A DNA stretch of 62,190 bases. Origin: a virus (Duplodnaviria > Caudoviricetes). The stretch covers positions 1-62,190 of IMG/VR virus record IMGVR_UViG_3300017978_000202; one strand, given 5' to 3'. Under the pieces are notes generated by a model, which worked only from the letters and a program-made list of their open reading frames with translations, was not told where the DNA came from and did not search any database. This document shows, one piece after another, positions 37,646 to 46,846 of the stretch. Position numbers and translations under genes: made by a program. The number at the start of each line of letters is the position of its first letter. The stretch's first letter is position 1.

Positions 37646-39257
37646 AGCTACGGGCCATTGTGATGATGGCATTAGTGGATAAAATAGTTGTGGCAACGCT
37701 GACTGCGTTCTGCAATGCGGACCTAGTCACCTTTAACGGGTCAATGACCCCCATCTGCACCAAGTCACCCATCTGCCCTGTCTTTAAATTGTAGCCATGA
37801 CCCACCTGAACAGCGTCCTTGTAGATGTCACTAGGCAACAGCCCTGCATTTGCAAGGATTTGCTGGAATGGAGCCATCATTGCGTTGACCATTATCTTTA
37901 ATGCCGCCTCGTACTCATCACTGATGTTAAGGTCGACCATCTCAGTGAGCAAAGCAGCAGTCTCATCGACCAATGCCTTGCCGGCCCCGGGCAGTATACC
38001 CTCCTCAAGCGCTGAACGTACCGCACACACAGCGTCATCGACCCTATCGTAGAGCTCCTTCTGCTCCAAGTCAGTCTGACCACCCACAAATATGACTCCA
38101 ATGCCACCTGTAAGTGACGCAATGCGCTCCAACAAGAAGTCCTTGTCGGCTTTACGGGTCGCTTGGTCGTGTGATTGCCACAATTGTGCGACTCTCTCGT
38201 CTATTGACCCTTGGTCAACTCTTGCATTACTGCGAATAAGTATGGTTTTGTCCTTACCAACGATGACTTTTGCCGCATGACCCAAGTCATTGTACTTAAT
38301 AAGGCTCAAATCATCACCAGTCTTCTCACTAAAGTAGGTCGCACCAACGCTAATAGCAATGTCTTGCATCAACTCGTGCTGCTTGTGACCGAAATTAGGC
38401 GGTGCAACAGCAACCACCTTCAAATTCCCCTTCATGCTATTGGCCGCCAACGTATTCACCACGTTCACATTGCATGGTGAAATGATTAATAGCTTCTTTC
38501 CTTCGGCAATCACTGGCTTCAACACGTTCTCAATCTGCAAAATATTTGCAATCTCCATGTCTGCCACCAACACCATCACGTCATCGAACACACACTCGTC
38601 CTTCTTCACGTCATTAATGAACAGCGGACTCAAATAGCCTCTGTCAATCTTTAATCCCTTAGTGGTCTCAGAGTATGTCTCACTAGTTTGGCTTCGCTCA
38701 ACAGTAACTACGCCACTCTTACCGACCTCCTTGTACACATCTGAGATGATGCGACCAATCTCCCGGTCATTGTTAGCACTAATAGCCGCTACGTCCAATA
38801 GCATTGATGTGCTGACCTTCTTAGCCTTCTTGCGAAGCTTCTCCACCACCTTGCCACTTATGTCCACCATGTGTCTCAACACCTCGGTTCTGTTCATGCC
38901 ATCATTGATGAACTCAAGCCCTCCTAACACTAACCCTTCCGTCAACACAATTGCAGTAGTGGTGCCGTCACCAGCAGTAGTAGCAGTCTTGTCTGCCGCC
39001 TCCTTCATCATCCTAACCGCAAGGTTCTCAACCGGGTCAATCAAATCAATTGACTTAGCCACAGTTACACCGTCCTTGGTTACCGTAATTCCATGTGTGT
39101 GATTCGCACTCTCAATTAATACCGTATTGCCCGAAGGGCCGAGAGTTGACTTTACAGCCTTAGACATCTTGACGATGCCATTGATTAGCTTGGTCCTTCC
39201 TTCAGTACCAAACTTTAAGTCCTTGGGTGAATACCCCAATCCTGATGTCTCTACCAT
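37632..39257 (-). CDS. groEL: Chaperonin GroEL
   Basis: TLGP.G, TKDGVTVAK, GDGTTTA, G.IDP.KV.R.AL.NA motifs; no GGM tail. Confidence 0.95.
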   Translation of the reverse strand: MVETSGLGYSPKDLKFGTEGRTKLINGIVKMSKAVKSTLGPSGNTVLIESANHTHGITVTKDGVTVAKSIDLIDPVENLAVRMMKEAADKTATTAGDGTTTAIVLTEGLVLGGLEFINDGMNRTEVLRHMVDISGKVVEKLRKKAKKVSTSMLLDVAAISANNDREIGRIISDVYKEVGKSGVVTVERSQTSETYSETTKGLKIDRGYLSPLFINDVKKDECVFDDVMVLVADMEIANILQIENVLKPVIAEGKKLLIISPCNVNVVNTLAANSMKGNLKVVAVAPPNFGHKQHELMQDIAISVGATYFSEKTGDDLSLIKYNDLGHAAKVIVGKDKTILIRSNARVDQGSIDERVAQLWQSHDQATRKADKDFLLERIASLTGGIGVIFVGGQTDLEQKELYDRVDDAVCAVRSALEEGILPGAGKALVDETAALLTEMVDLNISDEYEAALKIMVNAMMAPFQQILANAGLLPSDIYKDAVQVGHGYNLKTGQMGDLVQMGVIDPLKVTRSALQNAVSVATTILSTNAIITMARSYEQQ

Positions 39258-39349
39258 TTGATTGAATTTGATTTATTATTTTAATGCCATATGCCGCACC
39301 TTGGTGAGGCATTAGCAAATATAAGCACGAATGACAGTTTTACAAAGCC

Positions 39350-39600
39350 ATGTCGGTTTTATGCGGATAATTTCAGAGTAATGTCGATTAAAAACCTGAG
39401 AATCAGGTTCTTGTCGGAAATGTCAATATATTTTCCCTACTTCTTCTATATATATATTCCTCCTTTATTATTTTTTTTCTATTATAATTTCTATTAAAAA
39501 TCGACATTTTCGACATTAAAGAAATAAAGTATTAATAATCAATAAGTTAAGAAAAAAAAATCGACATAAAAATCGACATAAACCATGTCGATAATGTCGG
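39350..39600. repeat. Iteron-like TGTCG/CGACA array around an AT-rich core (origin-like element A)
   Basis: Multiple (A)TGTCG on the left, multiple (AAAA)TCGACAT on the right, pyrimidine/AT tract between. Confidence 0.6.
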
Positions 39601-39661
39601 AATTACGAAAAAACTAATTTCGTTTAGGCTATCCCATGATTTATCAGGGGGTAGAATCAAT

Positions 39662-39691
39662 AAAAAAAAGGGTGACCAATATGGACACCCC
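39662..39691 (-). terminator. Rho-independent terminator
   Basis: GGGTGTCC-ATATT-GGTCACCC-T7 on the minus strand. Confidence 0.65.
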
Positions 39692-39722
39692 TTTCTGATA
39701 CAAACACCCAAAACACTATGTC

Positions 39723-39953
39723 TTAACATTCTTCTTCCATCATATCACTTCTCATGTCTCCCATGGAAACACCAGCAGCAATCATGTCAATCTTATCCAT
39801 ACGCTTCATGGCCTTCCTAGCAGAAGCAGCCTGAGCAATGCCGCTAACACCATCAGGTCTGTTGTTAATCAACCTGCCTCCTTGGACATCTAGTCCACTA
39901 CCAGCCATCATCTTGCTGGCATAAATCGAGTTACTTAATTTTAATCCCTTCAT
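39723..39953 (-). CDS. Hypothetical protein
   Basis: 76 aa (GRLINNRPDG..GI); TATCTTTG promoter at 39981-39988. Confidence 0.65.
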   Translation of the reverse strand: MKGLKLSNSIYASKMMAGSGLDVQGGRLINNRPDGVSGIAQAASARKAMKRMDKIDMIAAGVSMGDMRSDMMEEEC

Positions 39954-40532
39954 AATATCTTTTGTTTAGTTGCAACTTCCCAAAGATAATAACTTTTGGA
40001 TTAACAAAACTTCCACAAATGTAAACCTATAAGATGTAACTCGGATTAATTCCGAATGAGATATCGGACACGAGATATCTAGAGTGTGGGGGCTATATAG
40101 CAGTTTGACGCAGCGAGCTCTCCACAGGAAACGACTTTTTTTTTAGGGGGTGGGGGGTCGAATTCCTTGGCGCTTTCCCGATTTTTTGGCGTTTTCCCAT
40201 GGCCATGTAGTCCCCATGGGGACCCAACACGTAAACTAATAAGGGTGCCATATATAATGCATTGGTCCTTGGTGCTTGCTCGCCTTCGCTTACCCGCTTA
40301 CACGAATATGCGAATGAATGAATACAACACGTGTATACAGAGGTCTCTTTATACGCCCCCTTTCCTTAGTATACTTAAACTTAGTGTGCGAATAGTTGTC
40401 ATGCTAACTAATTGGTTTGAAAAGATTTAAAAATATTTTTTAAAAAAAACTTAAAAACATTTGCATGGAATTATCCGATATACTATAATTGTACATCATT
40501 TCAACGAATCATCTACCAAACACCTACTAACT

Positions 40533-40766
40533 ATGATTACAGCATTGAACAAAAAGCACCAAAAACAAGTAGGCAAGGCCTACAAATACCTTGCAAAGTA
40601 CGACCAAAACAACACCTTAAGGGACCATGCCGAGGGGGACGAGGACGAAAAGGCCTTCAAAAAATACGACCGCATTTGTATTGATGCATTCGACAAATAC
40701 CTAGATGCATTGGCCGAGCTACCAAAAAGAGAAGCCGACCGCATTGAGAAAATTTACTACAAATAA
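40533..40766 (+). CDS. First early gene, hypothetical
   Basis: ATG 40533 after ACCAAACACC leader. Confidence 0.65.
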   Translation: MITALNKKHQKQVGKAYKYLAKYDQNNTLRDHAEGDEDEKAFKKYDRICIDAFDKYLDALAELPKREADRIEKIYYK

Positions 40767-40791
40767 TTTATAACCAAAACACCCAAAAATT

Positions 40792-41502
40792 ATGCGAGTA
40801 ACGACAAAAGTAAAGGATGCCATTTTAGTTTTTAGACTAGGCAAAAGTACGAACGGGAAAATTTCTGCAGGCAAAGAGAAAATACTACAGGTATATAGTT
40901 TCTCGGATGCGCAACTAAATTACGTGGCCGAGTCGGTTAAACAAGGGGAAAAAATAAGCCCAAAAAAGTTTTTTGACCTTGCCGACTCTGTATGTTTTGA
41001 TTGCCCATTTAGGGCCTATCTTAAATGCTATACTCATAAGTACCAGCAATACGCTGGCTTTCTTTCCATGCTTAAAAGCATTGCGCGTGAATTTAAAAAC
41101 GTGAACGAAATCCCTTCAATTCATTTGCTGGAAAAGAAAATAGTTGAGATTTCAAACGACAAATATATCCGATTTGGTACCTACGGGGAACCGACCTTGA
41201 TTCCTTTGAACTTGGTTTCAAATATGGTTAACGCTAGTAAGTCCCACACGGGCTATACTCATCAATGGTCCAAAAAGCCCGACTACGCCCAATTTTTTAT
41301 GGCCTCCACGCATACAGAAAACCAAGCCACGCAAGCCCAAAAACTAGGCTTCCGTTCGTTCATTGCGACCGACAAAAAACTAGCAAATGCAGTAGTATGC
41401 CCGGCATCAAATGAAGCGGGATTCAAGTCCACTTGCGAAAAATGTGGCCTATGCAGTGGACAAAGAAAGGGCACCAAAAACATTCAAATCTTAGAACATT
41501 AA
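40792..41502 (+). CDS. Cys-rich GP88-like/Fe-S candidate protein
   Basis: C..CP.....CY, IRFGTYGEP, TGYTHQW, CPAS....TC..C.LC motifs. Confidence 0.6.
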   Translation: MRVTTKVKDAILVFRLGKSTNGKISAGKEKILQVYSFSDAQLNYVAESVKQGEKISPKKFFDLADSVCFDCPFRAYLKCYTHKYQQYAGFLSMLKSIAREFKNVNEIPSIHLLEKKIVEISNDKYIRFGTYGEPTLIPLNLVSNMVNASKSHTGYTHQWSKKPDYAQFFMASTHTENQATQAQKLGFRSFIATDKKLANAVVCPASNEAGFKSTCEKCGLCSGQRKGTKNIQILEH

Positions 41503-41526
41503 TTTAAACCAAAACACCTAAAAAAC

Positions 41527-41958
41527 ATGAGAAATCTAGAACAAATCCTCGCAAAAAAATTGCTATCCGAGTACAAAATGTGTCTCGAAGTATTAGAAAA
41601 GTTACGCCAAAACGAAGTTGAAAAGGGATTTTTAAGCGGTGAAATTAGCGTTTTAATGGACATAGCGCAATCGATTTGGGGAAGTGATGAATTGAACCTT
41701 CGTAGCCATTTTTGGTTTTTAGAAACCCTAAAAGAAATCGCCAATGCCGAGCCCCAAGCCAACTTGGTAGAAGTGAGTCGTTTTGAGGCGTTCGGCCTGT
41801 ATAAGCATTATTCAGCTAAGAGCGTAAACGCTATGCAAGAGGGCTTTTCTGGGGCATCTGAGTCCTATTACGAGAAGGCCGAGAAATGGCTTGATGTGGC
41901 CGTAAAAATTGAGCAATCCGATGCCGATGGCGTAAACAAAAATTTAGTAGTAGGTTAA
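41527..41958 (+). CDS. Hypothetical early protein
   Basis: 143 aa after ACCAAAACACC leader. Confidence 0.65.
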   Translation: MRNLEQILAKKLLSEYKMCLEVLEKLRQNEVEKGFLSGEISVLMDIAQSIWGSDELNLRSHFWFLETLKEIANAEPQANLVEVSRFEAFGLYKHYSAKSVNAMQEGFSGASESYYEKAEKWLDVAVKIEQSDADGVNKNLVVG

Positions 41959-42018
41959 CTGATGACGGCTAATTGCTAGAAAGCCCGTGAGGGCTCTTAA
42001 CCAAAACACACAAAAACT

Positions 42019-42180
42019 ATGGGTAGATTTATTACCGCCCGATTCAAAAGCAATTGCGCTGAGACGGGCAAAACAATTAACAAGGGCGAGTCCATATTTT
42101 ACGATGGCAAGGCCTATTGCGTGGATTCCAAGGCCTACAGGGACCGCAAGGAAGCGAACCAGACCTTTGCGCATATTTGA
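42019..42180 (+). CDS. Small early protein (53 aa; ARF.S.CAETG..I.KG)
   Basis: Manual translation; follows ACCAAAACAC leader; not in ORF track. Confidence 0.65.
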   Translation: MGRFITARFKSNCAETGKTINKGESIFYDGKAYCVDSKAYRDRKEANQTFAHI

Positions 42181-42212
42181 CAATTTTTGCACCAAAAACA
42201 ACATCTAAAACC

Positions 42213-42329
42213 ATGAGCAAACACCTAAAATCCGAAATCCTATCTACTATTATTGCATTTGGAATAATGCTGGTAGTCATTTACATTGGTCATTTATATG
42301 GCCTAGAACTAGAGAAAATAATGTATTAA
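42213..42329 (+). CDS. Small membrane protein
   Basis: One TM segment; ATG 42213. Confidence 0.5.
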   Translation: MSKHLKSEILSTIIAFGIMLVVIYIGHLYGLELEKIMY

Positions 42330-42346
42330 CCAACCCCCAAAAAACT

Positions 42347-42541
42347 ATGTTTTATCAAATCAATTTCGAAAAAAGACGTGAGTTAATTCAAGACGTAATT
42401 GACCGCTTGACCCGTCTAAATGCCGAGCAAGGCGCCCAATATCTGCAGGAGTTAGAAGCCCTGCATGAGAAGTTCAATATCAATTTAGAGTCGGACAAAA
42501 AAGGCGTTCGGCATTATCCTGTAAACGAAAACCTAAAATAA
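42347..42541 (+). CDS. Hypothetical protein
   Basis: ORF track; leader motif. Confidence 0.55.
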   Translation: MFYQINFEKRRELIQDVIDRLTRLNAEQGAQYLQELEALHEKFNINLESDKKGVRHYPVNENLK

Positions 42542-42542
42542 G

Positions 42543-42728
42543 ATGGAGGACCTATTTGAGTCAATTGATTCACTACCTAAGCGAGTTCAACAAATCTTGT
42601 GGGACTACGCTTGGGAGGAGAAAAGCTATGAGGCTTGTTTTAGAATGCTGGCGGACCTACAGGCCGAGGGCTACACGTTTGAGTTTGGCCTAGATGCGGA
42701 GCCATTTAACCTAACTAAAATGGACTAA
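42543..42728 (+). CDS. Hypothetical protein
   Basis: DLFE....LP, GYTFEFGLDAEPFNL motifs. Confidence 0.65.
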   Translation: MEDLFESIDSLPKRVQQILWDYAWEEKSYEACFRMLADLQAEGYTFEFGLDAEPFNLTKMD

Positions 42729-42973
42729 GCGTGTGGAAAAGAAAACTTATTTCAGCGTGTGGATAAGCAAGGAATTGATTTGGGAGGGCCTAGCGTCCTC
42801 CACATTCGAGGCAATTGATAGGGCGTGCATGAGGTACGCCCACCTTGAACCACCAATAAATCGGTCCAGATTGTACGCAAAAGTAAAAAAATAAGGCATT
42901 GCGCTTGCATATGTCTATTTCTCGTATTAAGTTCGCATATTATAAGTTCAACAACCCCAAAACAAATCAGAAA

Positions 42974-43183
42974 ATGAGAGAATCAAACATTAAAATTGTA
43001 GATGGCTTCGTGTGGCTGGTGGTCACAGATAGAGCCGAGGAGATATATTTCTCAGACCTATTTGAGATATACGCCCTGTATCCCGATGGCTCAGAGTCAT
43101 TGGTAGTTAGCCTTGAGGACCTGCATACGTGCCTAGAATTCGGGCTAGAGATTGGAGTAGAAGTAGGATACATAAACACTTAA
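42974..43183 (+). CDS. Hypothetical protein
   Basis: DGFVWLVVT...YALY.DGSESL; start re-assigned. Confidence 0.6.
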   Translation: MRESNIKIVDGFVWLVVTDRAEEIYFSDLFEIYALYPDGSESLVVSLEDLHTCLEFGLEIGVEVGYINT

Positions 43184-43186
43184 ACC

Positions 43187-43411
43187 ATGAACGCATACAA
43201 AATCAACACCACAGCATATAGTGAGGAGGATTTCTTTCTCATTACAGACTTGACAAGCGATGATATTCAAGAAGTAATTTACCCGATTGTATTTGCAGAG
43301 CGAGAGCAGGGCATGGAGTACACCAACGAGCAAATAGTGAAGGAACTCAAAAAGAGGTACCCAAAAAGGTCAATAAAGGCCTATGAGCAGTTCATAGAAT
43401 TATCATTTTAA
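43187..43411 (+). CDS. Hypothetical protein
   Basis: ORF track; operon packing. Confidence 0.6.
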   Translation: MNAYKINTTAYSEEDFFLITDLTSDDIQEVIYPIVFAEREQGMEYTNEQIVKELKKRYPKRSIKAYEQFIELSF

Positions 43412-43423
43412 CCCAACCAAACC

Positions 43424-43699
43424 ATGAAAAAAGAAATGCAATTTAACCACGATGCCACGTCCTTAGTGGATGCCCTTGGCATAGACGCTAACTCATTTGC
43501 GACCCAGCTGGCAGCCGTGATGGCTATCTACGAGGCCAATGACGAGAACAAAATCAGTAAGCTAAGTCATTTAATCCACACCTGCATAGACTACAAAATC
43601 ATTTTGATGATGGCCACGACCCAGCTGGTTGGTGTTGTTGAGCAGTTCAACAACTCAAATGACATGGACGAATTGTTTAACACCCTATCAAAGAACTAG
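43424..43699 (+). CDS. Hypothetical protein
   Basis: ORF track; operon packing. Confidence 0.6.
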   Translation: MKKEMQFNHDATSLVDALGIDANSFATQLAAVMAIYEANDENKISKLSHLIHTCIDYKIILMMATTQLVGVVEQFNNSNDMDELFNTLSKN

Positions 43700-43701
43700 C
43701 C

Positions 43702-43833
43702 ATGAAAAGGGCGCTATCAATCATAGGGGAGTTGATGCAAATTCTATTCATCTCAATACCCCTTGCACTAGCAATTTACATTGGCCTCCACGTAGGTCTA
43801 TTATTTTACGTCATCTATAAAAAAATCAAATGA
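43702..43833 (+). CDS. Small membrane protein (43 aa)
   Basis: Manual translation MKRALSIIGELMQILFISIPLALAIYIG...; ATGA overlap with next gene. Confidence 0.55.
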   Translation: MKRALSIIGELMQILFISIPLALAIYIGLHVGLLFYVIYKKIK

Positions 43834-43991
43834 AAGTCACAATTGAAATCGAGGTGCCCGAGGACCTAGACCTTGAGCACACCCTTGAATGCGTCACGGA
43901 CGCAATGTTTATGTCAGACTGCGTCACAAAGAAAGAAGAGTATTTTGTAATCGAAGTAATTCAAGAAATCCAAAAACAAGCAGAAAAATGA
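43830..43991 (+). CDS. Small acidic protein (53 aa)
   Basis: Manual translation MKVTIEIEVPEDL...; ATGA overlaps on both sides. Confidence 0.55.
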   Translation: MKVTIEIEVPEDLDLEHTLECVTDAMFMSDCVTKKEEYFVIEVIQEIQKQAEK

Positions 43992-44377
43992 AATTAGAAA
44001 TCGAATTGGACAGAGAGGTCCTAGAGGACATCTTCGTCACCGCACTAGAAGGTGGTAGTAACTATTGGTACTTCCTAAGCGAGGATGCGGTTAAGCGTAT
44101 CAGACAAGTAGTAAGAAAATCAGATGAGCCTTACCTAGCCGTAGCTATCTTGAAGGCCGTGCTTGACCATGGAGTAGCTATACCTATCAACGATGCAGAG
44201 AATGAGGAGGATATTGTAGGATGGATAAGCATCGAGACTATGCAACAGCGCCTACAGGACTTGTATAACAGCGAGAACAGATGGGCAATTGAGCGCCACA
44301 TCAACGAGGAGGGCGATGCCGATTCCGCTGACGTAGTATTCCAATACTTAGCCATGGGGGAGGCAGTCTATGGATAA
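43988..44377 (+). CDS. Conserved phage protein (TALEGGSNYW...DA..AD..FQ...GE..YG)
   Basis: Motif; start re-assigned to 43988. Confidence 0.7.
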   Translation: MKLEIELDREVLEDIFVTALEGGSNYWYFLSEDAVKRIRQVVRKSDEPYLAVAILKAVLDHGVAIPINDAENEEDIVGWISIETMQQRLQDLYNSENRWAIERHINEEGDADSADVVFQYLAMGEAVYG

Positions 44378-44558
44378 GATAGTCGAGGATGTGATAGCCA
44401 AGTACAGGCAAAGGTCTGAGATTGGCATAGCCAAGTATGGGACAACGCTAGTTGATAACAAAGCCACCTTAATTGAGTGGCTTACCCATTTGCAAGAAGA
44501 ACTTATGGACGCTACGTTGTACATTGAAAAATTAAAGTCAGAATTAAACGAAAAATAA
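44370..44558 (+). CDS. Small MazG-like/all-alpha NTP pyrophosphatase-like protein
   Basis: R...G..KYG.TL...W..HLQEELMD...Y motif. Confidence 0.5.
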   Translation: MDKIVEDVIAKYRQRSEIGIAKYGTTLVDNKATLIEWLTHLQEELMDATLYIEKLKSELNEK

Positions 44559-44562
44559 TCAA

Positions 44563-44805
44563 ATGGAAAATTTTAAAGATTGGCAAGACTCTGGTCGTTG
44601 CTACACAAGAAAACACTTTATGTCTCTTAATCCTACTGCTGAACTGCTGGGAGCCTGTGATGAGGTGGTCCTATATGATAGCGGACACTACATTCAAGGC
44701 TTATTCGGTGGCTCGTACTATTTTAGCAACACCAATCGGAGTAATAACATAGAGGAGGTGGAGAAGAATTTATTTTTGGAAAAAGTCATGCAAAAAATAG
44801 ACTAG
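44563..44805 (+). CDS. Hypothetical protein
   Basis: ORF track. Confidence 0.6.
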   Translation: MENFKDWQDSGRCYTRKHFMSLNPTAELLGACDEVVLYDSGHYIQGLFGGSYYFSNTNRSNNIEEVEKNLFLEKVMQKID

Positions 44806-44848
44806 TATTAAACAATTTAATATCTTTACAGAAATAATATTCAATCAC

Positions 44849-45151
44849 ATGAAACAGGAAGTTTTTAACCAGTACGTGGATAGGGTCGTTGACCTATTTG
44901 GGATAACCAAGGAGGACTTCTTCTCCAAGACAAAGAAGCGGAATGTAGTTGATGCTAGGCAATTGACTTACTACCTATGCGCCAAGAGGCCGATGCAAAT
45001 CACTTACATCGAAAGGTACATGAATGAATGTGGCTATGAAATCACCCATTCGTCAATCATTCATGGCATATCTGCTGTCGAGAAAAGGATAGCAGAAGAC
45101 AAGGACTACGTATCTGTAGTACGGGAAGTAGAAAGAGCAGTATTTATTTAA
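44849..45151 (+). CDS. DnaA C-terminal-like (domain IV) HTH protein
   Basis: SK.K.R.VVDARQ..YYL....HSSIIHG pattern. Confidence 0.65.
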   Translation: MKQEVFNQYVDRVVDLFGITKEDFFSKTKKRNVVDARQLTYYLCAKRPMQITYIERYMNECGYEITHSSIIHGISAVEKRIAEDKDYVSVVREVERAVFI

Positions 45152-45167
45152 TTAATTAAAACACCCA

Positions 45168-45800
45168 ATGGAAAAGAAAAAATCAGTATTCGAAAGGCTA
45201 TCGGCCATCAACGTCAACGAGCACGTTGAAAAGAAGAAAGACCTCACCTACTTATCGTGGGCATGGGCATGGGCAGTAACAAAGCGAGAGTGCCCAGATG
45301 CAACCTACAAGCTACTACCCACGGAGTACGATGAGGTACTTGGCTTCATGGTTAACACAGAGGTGACCATCGAAGGTGAGACACTGCCAATGTGGTTGCC
45401 TGTCATGGATGGAGCAAACAAATCTATGCTGAAGACTTCATACACCTACAGCACCAAGTACGGAGACAAGACCGTTGAATCAGCGACTACGTTTGACATC
45501 AACAAGACCTTGATGCGTTGCTTGGTTAAGAACCTAGCGATGTTTGGCCTTGGCATTTACATCTATGCTGGTGAGGACCTGCCTGAGGCTGAGACAACGG
45601 CACCTACACCTGCACCTGCAAAGGCTAATCCTTCTAAGGAACTTATTGAACTACAGACGGGCTCAGACAATTGGAAGAGCGTTGAGAAGTATGTGCGGGA
45701 TAACAAGCAACTAGGGTTTGATAAGATAGGCCAGCAGTTGAGCAGAAAGTACAGCATGACTAATGAAGTGAAGCAAGCCATCGTAGACCTAATCAAATAA
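45168..45800 (+). CDS. Sak (Rad52-like, DUF1071) ssDNA-annealing protein
   Basis: LTYLSWAWAW, MWLPVMD, IN...MRCLVK.LA.FGLG.YIYAGEDLP motifs. Confidence 0.85.
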   Translation: MEKKKSVFERLSAINVNEHVEKKKDLTYLSWAWAWAVTKRECPDATYKLLPTEYDEVLGFMVNTEVTIEGETLPMWLPVMDGANKSMLKTSYTYSTKYGDKTVESATTFDINKTLMRCLVKNLAMFGLGIYIYAGEDLPEAETTAPTPAPAKANPSKELIELQTGSDNWKSVEKYVRDNKQLGFDKIGQQLSRKYSMTNEVKQAIVDLIK

Positions 45801-46570
45801 TGAAGACACTATTGGAGACAATTGACCTAACAGGGGAGCCAAATATCTTGGCTCTCCTTACAGATGATAAGGAGTACTATAGCGGTATAGGTAAGAACTA
45901 CCTATCCAACTCTGACATCGGTACGCTATTGAATAACCCAAAGGATTTCGGTAAGTCACGGGAAGACAACAAAGCTTTCATGGATGGCCGTTACTTTCAC
46001 CAATTGATTCTGGAGCCCGAGAAGGCCAAGCTAACTCCATTCGTGGACGTAAGCACAAGGACTACCAAGGAGTACAAGAACTACTGCGAGACTAATAACT
46101 TGCCGTTCTGTATGCTAAAGAAGGAGATGGAGGAGGTAGAGAATCTGGTTGACATCATCAAGGGCAACATCACATTCTACGATGAGATATTTAGAGAAGG
46201 CAATCAGTTTGAGGTACCTGCTGTAGGCATGATTCAAGGGATGATGTGGAAGGGCAAGGCAGACATCGTTGGCTGGGACTTCTTGATTGACTTGAAGACT
46301 ACCAGCGATATCCATAAGTTTAAATACTCAGCGAAGGCATACAACTACGACTCGCAGTGCTATATTTATCAGCAGTTGTTTGGCAAGCCGTTGGTGTTTT
46401 ATGTGATTGACAAGGGCTCAGGCGTATTGGGCATTTTTAAGCCCACTGAGGACTTCATTCGCTCAGGTGAGGCCAAGGTAGGCAGAGCCATAGAAGTCTT
46501 CTCTAAGTACTTCGGGAGCACTCCTACGGACAACATCGAGAACTACTACATAGATGAGTATTTACTTTAA
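45800..46570 (+). CDS. PD-(D/E)XK exonuclease (DUF3799/RecE-like)
   Basis: LS.S, G..FH..ILEP, KGKAD, DLKTT, Y..Q...Y motifs. Confidence 0.8.
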   Translation: MKTLLETIDLTGEPNILALLTDDKEYYSGIGKNYLSNSDIGTLLNNPKDFGKSREDNKAFMDGRYFHQLILEPEKAKLTPFVDVSTRTTKEYKNYCETNNLPFCMLKKEMEEVENLVDIIKGNITFYDEIFREGNQFEVPAVGMIQGMMWKGKADIVGWDFLIDLKTTSDIHKFKYSAKAYNYDSQCYIYQQLFGKPLVFYVIDKGSGVLGIFKPTEDFIRSGEAKVGRAIEVFSKYFGSTPTDNIENYYIDEYLL

Positions 46571-46581
46571 TCAATAAAAAA

Positions 46582-46764
46582 ATGGAAGAAATAGAAATAG
46601 AATTTACCAAGGGTAGTTTTGATTGGGAGAAGGGTGACACAGGTCAAATTATTAAGTTAGTTAATCAAGGATTTTCAATACTTGCAGTAATTATCCTAGA
46701 TAAGGATGGAAAATTTGTTACCTCTTTATTAACTGATAACGCATTTAAGAGAATTGTTTATTAA
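46582..46764 (+). CDS. Hypothetical protein, AT-rich
   Basis: ORF track. Confidence 0.5.
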   Translation: MEEIEIEFTKGSFDWEKGDTGQIIKLVNQGFSILAVIILDKDGKFVTSLLTDNAFKRIVY

Positions 46765-46775
46765 ATTAATAATAA

Positions 46776-46842
46776 GGGAGGCTAAGGGACCCCACCTGCC
46801 TGCAATTGGGGTGTGAGGTGTTAGCAGGTAGTCTCCCTTTTT
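46776..46842 (+). ncRNA. Structured element/terminator-like hairpin with alternative pairings
   Basis: GGGAGGCT/AGTCTCCC closing stem plus T5; inner ACCTGC/GCAGGT. Confidence 0.4.
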
Positions 46843-46846
46843 AAAT

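Noticed and set aside
41987-42208. ORF-track 73-aa ORF
   Set aside because: The overlapping 53-aa ORF 42019..42180 has the conserved leader and a better motif.
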